This document shows, piece by piece, positions 1 through 7,442 of a DNA stretch of 32,000 bases (the first letter of the stretch is position 1; each line of letters opens with the position of its first letter). A program made the position numbers and the translations under genes. The DNA is taken from assembly GCF_001644705.1 (NCBI RefSeq), contig NZ_CP015137.1, positions 2,670,001-2,702,000 of the forward strand. Reading direction: 5' to 3'. The DNA is from Dickeya solani IPO 2222. Lineage in GTDB: Bacteria; Pseudomonadota; Gammaproteobacteria; Enterobacterales; Enterobacteriaceae. The notes under the pieces were generated by a model. It saw only the letters and a list, made by a program, of their open reading frames with translations, had not been told where the DNA came from and made no database searches.

Positions 1-349
1 TGTCTCCAGGTGGTTGAAAGTAAGAAGGCAAAGGCGCCATGTCGCTGTCGCCACGGCCGCCAGCGGCGAGCACGGCAATCATCGCGTCACTATCTTAAGG
101 GTATGGCATGGTGTTGTGAGCAATGCGGCGATGGCGGATTCGTAACCAGACGTACCTATTTTTTGCATTCTGTGCGGTGATTACTGGATGTGATTGTATG
201 AATTCGTGTTATCCACTGAGGCGGCGACCCTGATTCCGCGCGTGCTGCCGCTGCCGTTTCACCCGCAACCATCGTCGCCGAAAAGGGACTCGATAGTGAA
301 AGGCGCTTCATTTTTATAAAATTTTCATACTGTTGGACATACATTGATA

Positions 350-376
350 CGTTCCGCCAGCGGGCGTGGCGGAACG
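350..376 (-). terminator. Stem-loop just downstream of the MFS gene stop; possible terminator, but it lacks a clear U-tract
   Basis: Perfect 10-bp stem CGTTCCGCCA (350-359) / TGGCGGAACG (367-376) with a 7-nt loop. It lies 5 nt beyond the stop codon at 382-384 on the minus strand. The following sequence, TATCAATG, is only weakly T-rich. Confidence 0.4.
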
Positions 377-381
377 AGGCA

Positions 382-1614
382 TCATCCGGAGTGGTCAGGG
401 CGGGGCGATGACAGTGATGTGTCCGCCAGTTTGCGCCGCAGAGCGATCAGCAACCCGATGCCGGCCAGCAGCGAGAGCGCGATGGCGATATGCATGAACC
501 GGGTCAGCGGCCAGTCGTAGCGTTCGGACAGAAACAGGAACAGGCCCATCAGCGGCAGCACCGACTGGTTCAGCATCAGGATCAGCGAGGAAACGCTGGC
601 CAGCCGCTCGTAGGGAATCAGCGTCAGGCGCAAGGTGCGCATGATATTGCCAGTGAAGACTTTACCAACGATGCCCAGCGCGTAGAACGTCAGAAACGGC
701 CCCAGGTGGTCGAGCGTGGTGGTCAGCAGCAGCGACGCGATGACAATCAGGCCGAGTCCTGCTGCCAGCAGCGTTTCCCGGCTCAGGCGACTGAGCGCCG
801 CGCCGTAAACCAGCGTAGATAAAAATCCTGCCGCGCCGGCGCAAATATCAATGAAACCAAAATATTTCACTGATAATCCCATCTGATTTTCAATCAGTGC
901 GGCACCGCCGGACTCGACCAGCCCATCGAACATATTATTTCCCGCCGCCAGTGCGATCATCAAAATAATAAATGGATTTCTGATTATCATCAGTAACGGG
1001 AATAATTTTTTTTGCGCGGGGTGAGGCGAACTGATTTTATTTTCTGGCGACGGGTCCGGGGTGAAAGAAAACAAACGAGAGGTGAGGAAGTAATAAGCGT
1101 TGCATAAATAGAATGTGGCGGCGATATGCAGCAGCGTCAGAAAACCGTATTCATACAACAGTATGCCAATCAACGGCCCCAGCACCATGCCGAGTAAATC
1201 CAGCCGGGTCAGCAGGTTGGCGTCTCGATCGATGTGGCGGCTATGGGCGGCAATCAGCTTTTCCACGGCGGTGAGGGTTTGCGCGTTGCCGATGGACACC
1301 CCGGCGCCCAGCAACCCGCAGGCTAACGCCAGCGTCAGCGGTTGTTCGGCAAAATGCAACACCAGACAGAGCAACAGGCAGCCAAACGCCTTGACCGCGT
1401 CGGACGCGATAGAAACGGGGCGGACACCCCAGCGATCAATCAGCGCGCCCAGCGCCGGGATCAGCACGATACGCGGCAGCCACCATAACGCGTAAGACAA
1501 ACCGGAGTAGGTCAGGCTTTGGGTTTCGGCATAGACCAGCACCGGAATCAGGAACACCATCAAACCATCGGCGATAAACACCAATGCAAGAAAAACAAGC
1601 AAAACCGGACTCAT
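382..1614 (-). CDS. MFS-type transporter (about 410 aa, 12-TM-like, EntS/MFS_3-like exporter family)
   Basis: Long ORF, hydrophobic throughout with repeated TM-like segments and a LIDRWGVRP loop motif typical of MFS loop 2-3. I prefer the ATG at 1614 (MSPVLLVFLAL...) with AGGGG upstream. The track start at 1668 adds 18 aa that overlap a degenerate ERIC-like repeat. Confidence 0.8.
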   Translation of the reverse strand: MSPVLLVFLALVFIADGLMVFLIPVLVYAETQSLTYSGLSYALWWLPRIVLIPALGALIDRWGVRPVSIASDAVKAFGCLLLCLVLHFAEQPLTLALACGLLGAGVSIGNAQTLTAVEKLIAAHSRHIDRDANLLTRLDLLGMVLGPLIGILLYEYGFLTLLHIAATFYLCNAYYFLTSRLFSFTPDPSPENKISSPHPAQKKLFPLLMIIRNPFIILMIALAAGNNMFDGLVESGGAALIENQMGLSVKYFGFIDICAGAAGFLSTLVYGAALSRLSRETLLAAGLGLIVIASLLLTTTLDHLGPFLTFYALGIVGKVFTGNIMRTLRLTLIPYERLASVSSLILMLNQSVLPLMGLFLFLSERYDWPLTRFMHIAIALSLLAGIGLLIALRRKLADTSLSSPRPDHSG

Positions 1615-1694
1615 GGAATAAATACCCCTGACAGCATAACCCGCCATAGCTGCAAGTGGCGGGCACATCGGCTTTCTCCGCCCATCCCGGCCGC

Positions 1695-1765
1695 TTGCTG
1701 TTGTAAGCGCCTGAGGATTCGCCGTGTCGCCGCTGTCCTGCCACTCGAATTATTTAGGGTATATC
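1695..1765. repeat. Degenerate or partial ERIC-like element, in inverted orientation relative to the full copy at 2008-2133
   Basis: By hand alignment, 1735-1763 (gtcctgccactcgaattatttagggtata) matches the reverse complement of the left end of the full ERIC copy (tacccaaaataattcgagttgcaggaa) at about 26/30 positions. The inner part (ctgttgtaagc...ggattc) keeps ERIC-like blocks at lower identity. The element may extend to about 1640. Confidence 0.45.
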
Positions 1766-1869
1766 AGGTCATGTTTTGTAAATTAAAAAAATGACGTAAG
1801 CGGAAGCAAAAAATAAACGCTACGGCACCGTATAAGCGCCTAAATATAATAATGTGTCGTCGGGAAAGT

Positions 1870-1907
1870 AAATGTTTATTTATTGACAAAACGGGTAATA
1901 AACATTT
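1870..1907. promoter_or_regulatory. Perfect 11-bp inverted repeat in the MFS / HD-gene divergent intergenic region; candidate operator or hairpin
   Basis: AAATGTTTATT (1870-1880) and AATAAACATTT (1897-1907) are exact reverse complements separated by 16 nt. The spacer contains a consensus TTGACA at 1883-1888. Confidence 0.3.
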
Positions 1908-2007
1908 TTTGGTTAAAATAATTTTACCGCTTATTATCAATATTGCAAAATGCGCTGCCTGCATCAGTCATGTTGTTGTCACTACTTTTTAGCTATTCTG
2001 TGGTGGT

Positions 2008-2133
2008 GTATACCCAAAATAATTCGAGTTGCAGGAAGGCGGCAAGTGAGTGAATCCCGATAAGCTTACACAGGTAAGTGATTCGGGTGAACGAGCGCAG
2101 CCAACACACCTGCAACTTGAAGTATGAAGGATG
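2008..2133. repeat. ERIC / IRU (enterobacterial repetitive intergenic consensus) element, full length (about 126 bp)
   Basis: Contains the hallmark ERIC core GTGAATCCC..AAGCTTACA.AGGTAAGTGA.T.GGGTGA.CGAGCGCAGCCAAC.CACCTGCAACTTGAAGTATGA and the flanking AATTCGAGTTGCAGGAAGGCGGCAAGTGAGTGAATCCC, forming the imperfect palindrome. Matched to the published ERIC consensus and ERIC1R/ERIC2 primer sequences from memory. Confidence 0.85.
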
Positions 2134-2159
2134 TAAATGGATTAATGCAGGAGAACGGC

Positions 2160-2870
2160 ATGGATTTACTTGGTTTTGAACAGGCACTCAGTCAGTACGT
2201 AGCTCGGCATCTGGCGGATTCCGTGGATAGCGCGCATGATCACCACCATCTGGTGCGGGTGGCGAACAACGCCCGGCATATTCAGCGGACGGAAGGAGGC
2301 GACCTGCGGGTGATTATCGCCGCCGCCTGGCTGCATGACATCGTTTTGATCCCGAAAAATCACCCGGATCGCAGCCGGGCCTCGCGTATGGCGGCGGAAG
2401 AAGCGGTGCGCATTCTGTCGCTGGATTTCCCCGATTTTCCCTGCGCGCTGCATCCGGCGCTGTTTCATGCGGTTGAGGCGCACAGCTTCAGCGCCGGTAT
2501 TACGGCGGAAACGCTTGAAGCCAAAATCGTGCAGGATGCCGACCGGCTGGATTCGCTCGGCGCGCTGGGGCTGGCGCGGGTGTTTTATGTGGCGGGCATG
2601 ATGGGGCGGCCGTTGTTTGATCCGCAGGATCTGTTCGCCAGCGAGCGTGAGCTGGACGATCGCCTCTACACGCTGGATCACTTCCGCGTCAAACTGATGC
2701 GCCTGCCGGAAATCATGAATACGGCGGAAGGTAAACGCATTGCCGAAGCCAATGCGTCCTGGCTGGTGGATTTTCTGGCCAAGCTGGCCGGGGAAGTGAA
2801 TGGCGACCCGACCCTGCTGGATCCGCTAGTTCGCGAGCGATTTAGCGCCTGGCATCCCTGGCTGGCCTGA
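2160..2870 (+). CDS. yedJ: HD-domain metal-dependent phosphohydrolase, YedJ-like
   Basis: Motifs present: H..H (HDHHHLVRV), WLHD, AHSFSAG, and IVQDADRLDSLGALGLARVF, followed by LDHFRVKLMRLPEIMNTAEGKRIA. This resembles E. coli YedJ as I recall it. I prefer the ATG at 2160 with AGGAGA 7 nt upstream, because the track start at 2124 lies inside the ERIC element. Confidence 0.8.
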   Translation: MDLLGFEQALSQYVARHLADSVDSAHDHHHLVRVANNARHIQRTEGGDLRVIIAAAWLHDIVLIPKNHPDRSRASRMAAEEAVRILSLDFPDFPCALHPALFHAVEAHSFSAGITAETLEAKIVQDADRLDSLGALGLARVFYVAGMMGRPLFDPQDLFASERELDDRLYTLDHFRVKLMRLPEIMNTAEGKRIAEANASWLVDFLAKLAGEVNGDPTLLDPLVRERFSAWHPWLA

Positions 2871-2947
2871 CTACTGCTGGTCTCACCATGCCGCTTTTTT
2901 TCTGACGATGTGGCGCGGAGCGGGTCGAGATCACGTCATGTTGCGCC

Positions 2948-2977
2948 GAATCATGGTATCGATAGAAGCCATGATTC
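2948..2977. promoter_or_regulatory. 9-bp perfect inverted repeat with a palindromic centre, immediately upstream of the IclR-family gene; candidate autoregulatory operator
   Basis: GAATCATGG (2948-2956) / CCATGATTC (2969-2977), with the internal palindrome TATCGATA at 2957-2964. It ends 18 nt before the ATG at 2996. Confidence 0.35.
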
Positions 2978-2995
2978 AGCCAGAGAGATCGATGC

Positions 2996-3838
2996 ATGAG
3001 AACGGTGTCGCACGGTCATGATAAACCGGCGGGAAACCAAAGCCTACTGCGGGGATTTCTGCTGCTTGAGATTTTAAGCAATTACCCGAACGGGTGCCCA
3101 CTGGCGCATTTGGCCGGGCTGGCGCGGCTTAACAAAAGCACCGTGCATCGCCTGTTGCAGGGATTGCAGGCGTGTGGCTACGTTACCTCGGCTCCTGCTG
3201 CGGGCAGTTATCGTTTGACCACCAAGTTCATTACCGTTGGGCAGACATCGCTGGCGCCGCCGGAGGTGATCCGGCTGATCGCGCCGCCGCTGCAGGCGCT
3301 GAACGCCGCGACCGGAGAAACCGTCAATTTTTCCAGACGTGACGGCGATTACTGCATTCTGATCCACAAGCTGGAACCCATCACCGGTATGTTGCGCACC
3401 CGCGCTTATCTGGGGCAGCAGATGACCTTGTTCAGTTCGGCTATGGGGAAACTGTTTCTGGCCGACAACACCAAAGACGCGCTCTTTTCCTACTGGGCTC
3501 GCCATCAGCCGCATATCCGCAAACTGACCCCGTATACCATTACCGATCCGGGACACATGGCGCGGGAACTGGAAGACGTGCGTCAGCGTAAGATGGCGTT
3601 CGATCGGGAAGAGCACGAAGTCGGGGTGTCCTGCATGGCTGCGCCGGTATTTGATGCGCATCAGCGCGTGAAGTATGCCATTTCGTTATCGCTCTCTTCG
3701 GCCAAGCTGCGCCAAATCGATGAGGAAACCCTGTTGACGCCGCTGCGCCAGACCGCTGACGCGCTCACTCAGGCGCTGAAAGCCCTGCCCGACGACACGT
3801 CAATACACGCGGGTCCGTACAGTGAGGCGAGGGGATAA
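2996..3838 (+). CDS. yiaJ: IclR-family transcriptional regulator, YiaJ (PlaR)-like
   Basis: The N-terminal wHTH (LLEILSNYPNGCPLAHLAGLARLNKSTVHRLLQGLQACGYVTSAPAAGSYRLTTKFITVGQ) and the IclR effector domain (GMLRTRAYLGQQMTLFSSAMGKLFLA, EEHEVGVSCMAAPVFD) closely resemble E. coli YiaJ as recalled. The family call is firm. The orthology and symbol are less certain because the yiaK-S neighbours are absent. Confidence 0.8.
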   Translation: MRTVSHGHDKPAGNQSLLRGFLLLEILSNYPNGCPLAHLAGLARLNKSTVHRLLQGLQACGYVTSAPAAGSYRLTTKFITVGQTSLAPPEVIRLIAPPLQALNAATGETVNFSRRDGDYCILIHKLEPITGMLRTRAYLGQQMTLFSSAMGKLFLADNTKDALFSYWARHQPHIRKLTPYTITDPGHMARELEDVRQRKMAFDREEHEVGVSCMAAPVFDAHQRVKYAISLSLSSAKLRQIDEETLLTPLRQTADALTQALKALPDDTSIHAGPYSEARG

Positions 3839-3863
3839 CCGGGCCGTCGGCGTGACGACCCGG
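3839..3863. terminator. GC-rich hairpin between the convergent IclR and MCP genes; possible bidirectional terminator
   Basis: CCGGGCCGTCGGCGTGACGACCCGG folds into a 9-bp stem with one mismatch and a 5-nt loop. It fills the 39-bp gap between the stop codons at 3838 and 3878. No U-tract. Confidence 0.35.
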
Positions 3864-3877
3864 CAGGGTAGGATGGA

Positions 3878-5467
3878 TCAGTTGAGGCGCAGCGAGGACT
3901 GCTGTGCTTCCAGATGGAAGAAGCGAACGGAGTCGCGTAACTGCTCGCCCTGTTCCGTCATGGACTGGGCGGCGGTGGCGGCCTGCTCGACCAGCGCGGC
4001 GTTCTGCTGGGTCACGCGGTCCATTTGGTCAATGGCGACGCCGATTTCCTTGATACCCTGATGCTGTTCGTTGGAAGCCATCGAGATTTCCGCCACGATG
4101 TCGGTGACTTTGGTGACCGAACTGACAATCTCTTCCATCGCGTGGCTGGCGGTGTCGGCGTGACGGGAGCCATCGGTGATTTTCTCCACCGTACCTTCGA
4201 TCAGCGTTTTGATCTCTTTGGCGGCGCTAGCGCTCTTCTGCGCCAGGTTGCGTACTTCCCCGGCGACGACGGCGAATCCCTTGCCTTGCTCACCGGCTCG
4301 CGCCGCTTCCACCGCGGCGTTGAGCGCCAGAATGTTGGTCTGGAAGGCGATGCCTTCGATCACCGAGATAATATTGACGATTTTCTGCGAGCTGTCGGAG
4401 ATCTCATGCATACGCTTGAGCATATCGTCCACCACGTTGCCGCCGTGCACTGCGGTTTGCGACGTCTGACGCGCCAGTTCGCTGGCCTGATGGGCGTTGT
4501 CGGCGTTGCGTTTCACGGTTTCGGTGATCTGCTGCATGTTGGAGGAGGTCTGCACCAGCGACGCCGCCTGTTCCTCGGTACGCTGCGACAGGTCGTTGTT
4601 GCCCTGAGCGATTTCGCTGGCCGCCAGCGAGATGGATTCGCTGCCGTTCACGATGTTGTGCATGATGTCGGCCAGCTTTTCATTCATGTTCTTCATGGTG
4701 GCCAGCAGGCTCTGGGTGTCGCCAGCGCGCAGAGTAATGGACGCATTGAGGTTGCCGGCGGCGATCTGATTCATGATCGATACCGCGTAAGCCGGCTCGC
4801 CGCCAAGCTGACGGGACAGGTTACGAGCAATCAGGGTGGCGATGACGCCGGTCGCGATCACTGCCAACAGCAACAAACCGGACAATATATAGAGCGCGGT
4901 GTGATAACCCTCTGCTGATTCAACGGCGGCCTGATCGCCGCTGGCGATCTCCATTTCCACCAGCTTCGCCAGATCCTTCATCAACTGGGTGCGATATTTA
5001 GACGAAACCGCGCCGCTGATCTTGCTGGCATCGTCCAGTTTTTCACTGTTGACCGCGTCAATCACCTTGGCGTTGACGTCCACGAAATTCTTGAAATTAT
5101 CCGTTACCTGACTGAACAGCGCTTGTTTGTCCTGCGCGTCGCTTTTCACCAGCCTGGCGTAATTAGCCTGGGCGTTCAGAAACACGTCCTGATTCTGCAA
5201 CAGTTCCTTGCGGTGGCCCTCTCGCTCGTCGGGCGTTTTGGAGGAGATGTACTGTATCTGCTGCAGACGCAATTCAGACAGGACGCCACGCATTTCCAAC
5301 GTATAGCGTACCCCCGGCAGGCGACTGTCGCGGTAGGCATCGATACGATCATTATTGGCGCTGAGTTGGTAGATGGAAACGGCGCCAATCAGCAGCATCA
5401 TTACGATCAGCACGGAAAAGCCGAACAGCAGCTTGGAAAAGACGGTTAATTGCGAGAATTTTTTCAT
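3878..5467 (-). CDS. Methyl-accepting chemotaxis protein (four-helix-bundle-type periplasmic sensor, HAMP, MA signalling domain)
   Basis: 529 aa. Two TM segments ([21 protein letters not shown] and [23 protein letters not shown]) and the highly conserved signalling hairpin [43 protein letters not shown]. Confidence 0.92.
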   Translation of the reverse strand: MKKFSQLTVFSKLLFGFSVLIVMMLLIGAVSIYQLSANNDRIDAYRDSRLPGVRYTLEMRGVLSELRLQQIQYISSKTPDEREGHRKELLQNQDVFLNAQANYARLVKSDAQDKQALFSQVTDNFKNFVDVNAKVIDAVNSEKLDDASKISGAVSSKYRTQLMKDLAKLVEMEIASGDQAAVESAEGYHTALYILSGLLLLAVIATGVIATLIARNLSRQLGGEPAYAVSIMNQIAAGNLNASITLRAGDTQSLLATMKNMNEKLADIMHNIVNGSESISLAASEIAQGNNDLSQRTEEQAASLVQTSSNMQQITETVKRNADNAHQASELARQTSQTAVHGGNVVDDMLKRMHEISDSSQKIVNIISVIEGIAFQTNILALNAAVEAARAGEQGKGFAVVAGEVRNLAQKSASAAKEIKTLIEGTVEKITDGSRHADTASHAMEEIVSSVTKVTDIVAEISMASNEQHQGIKEIGVAIDQMDRVTQQNAALVEQAATAAQSMTEQGEQLRDSVRFFHLEAQQSSLRLN

Positions 5468-5499
5468 AGTTTTTTTCTTGGCAAGGGAAAGTATCTTTA

Positions 5500-5526
5500 A
5501 TAACGGCAGGGTAATTCAAAAGCTTA
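5500..5526 (-). promoter_or_regulatory. Sigma-28 (FliA)-type promoter upstream of the MCP gene
   Basis: The minus strand reads TAAGCTTT-N11-GCCGTTAT against the consensus TAAAGTTT-N11-GCCGATAA, 6/8 in each box with exact 11-nt spacing. The -10 box ends 32 nt upstream of the ATG at 5467. Chemoreceptor genes are typically class III flagellar genes. Confidence 0.6.
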
Positions 5527-5956
5527 TTTCCTTCATAGGGGAAGTCGTCATTTTGGCGAATTGTTTTTTATTTTTGGAATGGTGATTTTGTGATGATCGT
5601 TTTTGATTTTTTGTTTTTTTTGTGAATAAACGCAAGGTGAGGAGTATGGGAATAATAAATAACGAGTTATTTCATTGTGTTATGTTTTCCTGATGGCTGA
5701 CCTTTTCGCTATTTTTATTTCTCAGTCCGTCAATGGCTTATCCCGTGTTTCACGAGTGAAAAATCACCGTTTGTTACGGCCCGGTAAAAAGGGGAATGGT
5801 CTGTGGGCGGGGGATTTCATACAAAATAAATAATCGTATGATTAAGGCGTTAATTATCGCGGCAGGCAGTGTTGGCATTGTGGGGGCGCACCATGTAAAG
5901 CCGGCGAAATATCGCCACCGTGTTGCATTACTTAGTTACGCCCTGAATCGTGCGGC

Positions 5957-6271
5957 TTACGCCAGATAAAAAACCGGGCTGAGCTCGGTGCTGACCGGGC
6001 TGTTGTCTGGGTTGGCGGGCATCATCTCTTTCATGTATTTCCACCAGCGCTGGCAGGCGTCGGTTTGCGCGATCGCATTCCAGCGTTCTTCCGATTCGAT
6101 TTCCACATACGCGAACAGCAGGTTGCGCGCCGGGTCGAGAAAGATGCTGTAGTGATGTGCGCCGTGCGCTTTCAGTTCCGCTTCCAGCTCAGGCCAGATT
6201 GGGTTGTGGCGACGCTGGTATTCCTCGTGGCAATCCGGGAAGACCTGCATCACAAAGGCTTTTTTCAACAT
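5957..6271 (-). CDS. rhaM: L-rhamnose mutarotase
   Basis: [46 protein letters not shown]...SEERWNA...CQRWWKYM...[10 protein letters not shown] is near-colinear with E. coli RhaM (YiiL). The start at 6271 has AGGA 8 nt upstream. The track ORF extends to 6313 through a tandem repeat. Confidence 0.93.
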   Translation of the reverse strand: MLKKAFVMQVFPDCHEEYQRRHNPIWPELEAELKAHGAHHYSIFLDPARNLLFAYVEIESEERWNAIAQTDACQRWWKYMKEMMPANPDNSPVSTELSPVFYLA

Positions 6272-6332
6272 GTTCGTCATCCTGTTGTTCATCATCCTAT
6301 TGTTCGTCATCACTGTTGTTCGCCATCACTGT
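6271..6332. repeat. Four imperfect tandem units of 15-16 bp abutting or overlapping the rhaM start
   Basis: tgttcgtcatcctgt (6271-6285), tgttcatcatcctat (6286-6300), tgttcgtcatcactgt (6301-6316), tgttcgccatcactgt (6317-6332). On the transcribed strand the two rhaM-proximal units carry AGGATGA (SD-like + ATG) and the two distal units carry GTGATG. Confidence 0.85.
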
Positions 6333-6488
6333 GGACAGTGACCGTGGTTCGCATTCGGCGGGAAACATCCCTGTGTTCCCTGTCGGCAGCGCACGACGGC
6401 AGGGGTCCACCTGCTTTTCACCATTACCGGTGAATCCCGACGGCGTTTCTGCCCACATGGTATCCTGATTGTCATATTCATCCGGCAT
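6297..6488 (-). CDS. Hypothetical 63-aa acidic protein encoded in the rhaD-rhaM spacer (speculative)
   Basis: The ORF spans nearly the whole spacer between the two repeat arrays. Its codons look host-typical (CCG, CTG, CGT, GAA, ACC, GGT). No recognisable domain, no hydrophobic core, no clear SD. The ATG is part of the most degenerate 19-bp repeat unit. Confidence 0.25.
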   Translation of the reverse strand: MPDEYDNQDTMWAETPSGFTGNGEKQVDPCRRALPTGNTGMFPAECEPRSLSTVMANNSDDEQ

Positions 6489-6599
6489 AGCGCCATTTAC
6501 CCGGCATGGTGCTATTTACCCGACATAGTGCTATTTACCCGACATAGTGCTATTTACCCGACATAGTGCTATTTACCCGACATAGTGCTATTTACCCGA
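6486..6599. repeat. Six tandem copies of a 19-bp unit (catagtgctatttacccga), with the last copy containing the rhaD stop codon
   Basis: Units at 6486-6504 (3 mismatches), 6505-6523 (1 mismatch), then four identical copies at 6524-6542, 6543-6561, 6562-6580 and 6581-6599. The rhaD TAA is at 6592-6594. Confidence 0.95.
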
Positions 6600-7419
6600 T
6601 ACGTAAGGCGGACGCCATCGGCGTGACGCTAAACCGTTTGCCGAGTGCTATCAACTCTTCGGTCGAGATCGTCTGCTTTTTCCCGCCCATCGCGCGCACC
6701 TTGACCATCACTTCCGCCGACTTTTCGGCGGTGTCGATCAGCCCGAAGGCGTCATCCAGCGATGGCCCGGTGCCGAAAATGCCGTGAAACGGCCACAGCA
6801 CCAGCGAGTGGTGTTGCATCTGTTCGGCGGTGGCGTTGCCGATGGCGTCGGTACCCGGCACCATCCACGGCACAATGCCCACACCGTCCGGAAACACCAC
6901 CAGACATTCGGTGCTGCCTTCCCACAGCTCGCGGGTAAACGCCGCGCTGTTCAGTTCCAGCACGTAGCTCAGGGCGATCAGGTTGGTGGCGTGGCAATGC
7001 ATGATCACCCGATCCCGCCCGCCGCTGACGTTCATGCGCACAATGTGCGACTGAAAATGCGCCGCCAGCTCCGAGGTCGGCAGGCCGCCGTGAGTCAGCC
7101 CCCAGAAAATACGGTAACCGCGGCCGTCGCCATCCACCTGCAACAGCACCAGATTGTCGGCCGGATCCAGTTGGACGTTGCGAAAGAACTTGCCGGAACC
7201 GGTGACGATAAACCAGCAGCCCGCCAGTTCGGGCATCGGCTGGGATAGCGCTTCGCGCCGCAGCTGCGGATAGAAGTCGCTTTCAAACGGCGTCACGTCG
7301 TCTGTGGTCAGGCGCAGGCTGATGTTGCCGCCGTTGCGTTCATCCCAGCCCTTGAGCCACATATCGCCGGTGGCCTTGATCATTCCCTGTACAAACCAGG
7401 AGGTGAGGAGTGCTTGCAT
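6592..7419 (-). CDS. rhaD: Rhamnulose-1-phosphate aldolase
   Basis: [37 protein letters not shown]... closely matches the E. coli RhaD N-terminus and its length (275 aa). Operon position is after rhaA. Confidence 0.95.
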   Translation of the reverse strand: MQALLTSWFVQGMIKATGDMWLKGWDERNGGNISLRLTTDDVTPFESDFYPQLRREALSQPMPELAGCWFIVTGSGKFFRNVQLDPADNLVLLQVDGDGRGYRIFWGLTHGGLPTSELAAHFQSHIVRMNVSGGRDRVIMHCHATNLIALSYVLELNSAAFTRELWEGSTECLVVFPDGVGIVPWMVPGTDAIGNATAEQMQHHSLVLWPFHGIFGTGPSLDDAFGLIDTAEKSAEVMVKVRAMGGKKQTISTEELIALGKRFSVTPMASALRIG

Positions 7420-7442
7420 GGTGAATCCTTAACGTTGACAGA

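Noticed and set aside
1-82. Possible 5' end of a minus-strand gene running off the left edge (MIAVLAAGGRGDSDMAPLPSYFQPPGD...)
   Set aside because: Only 27 codons are visible, there is no SD, and I recognise no family. The plus strand is also open across 1-179 in one frame. The evidence is insufficient to call either.
156-344. 62-aa minus-strand ORF downstream of the MFS gene
   Set aside because: No SD, no recognisable motif, and odd composition. It lies in a region that looks like an intergenic/terminator zone. I also looked there for riboswitch-like conserved cores (TPP, cobalamin) and saw none.
1930-1946. Fur-box-like sequence (cttattatcaatattgc) upstream of the EntS-like MFS exporter
   Set aside because: By eye it is only a partial match to the 19-bp Fur consensus (GATAATGATAATCATTATC). 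AT-rich promoter DNA produces such matches easily, and no siderophore genes are adjacent.
1993-2187. 64-aa minus-strand ORF, and the MKDVNGLMQENG extension of the HD gene (2124-2159)
   Set aside because: Both are read out of the ERIC repeat (2008-2133). The HD gene has a better SD-supported ATG at 2160.
2871-2912. Terminator after the yedJ-like gene, suggested by the T7 run (gccgcttttttt)
   Set aside because: I could not find a convincing GC-rich stem immediately upstream of the T-run, only a 5-bp GGCAT/ATGCC pairing with a very long loop. It is left uncalled.
5646-5693. 15-codon mini-ORF (MGIINNELFHCVMFS) with a strong GAGGAG SD on the plus strand, in the MCP-rhaM intergenic region
   Set aside because: There is no downstream plus-strand gene that it could act on as a leader peptide. 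The next genes on both sides are on the minus strand, so it is probably fortuitous in AT-rich DNA.
6486-6599. Whether the 19-bp array (or any other array here) could be a CRISPR
   Set aside because: The units are directly abutting with no unique spacers, they are far shorter than CRISPR repeats, and no cas genes or leader are nearby. These are simple tandem repeats.
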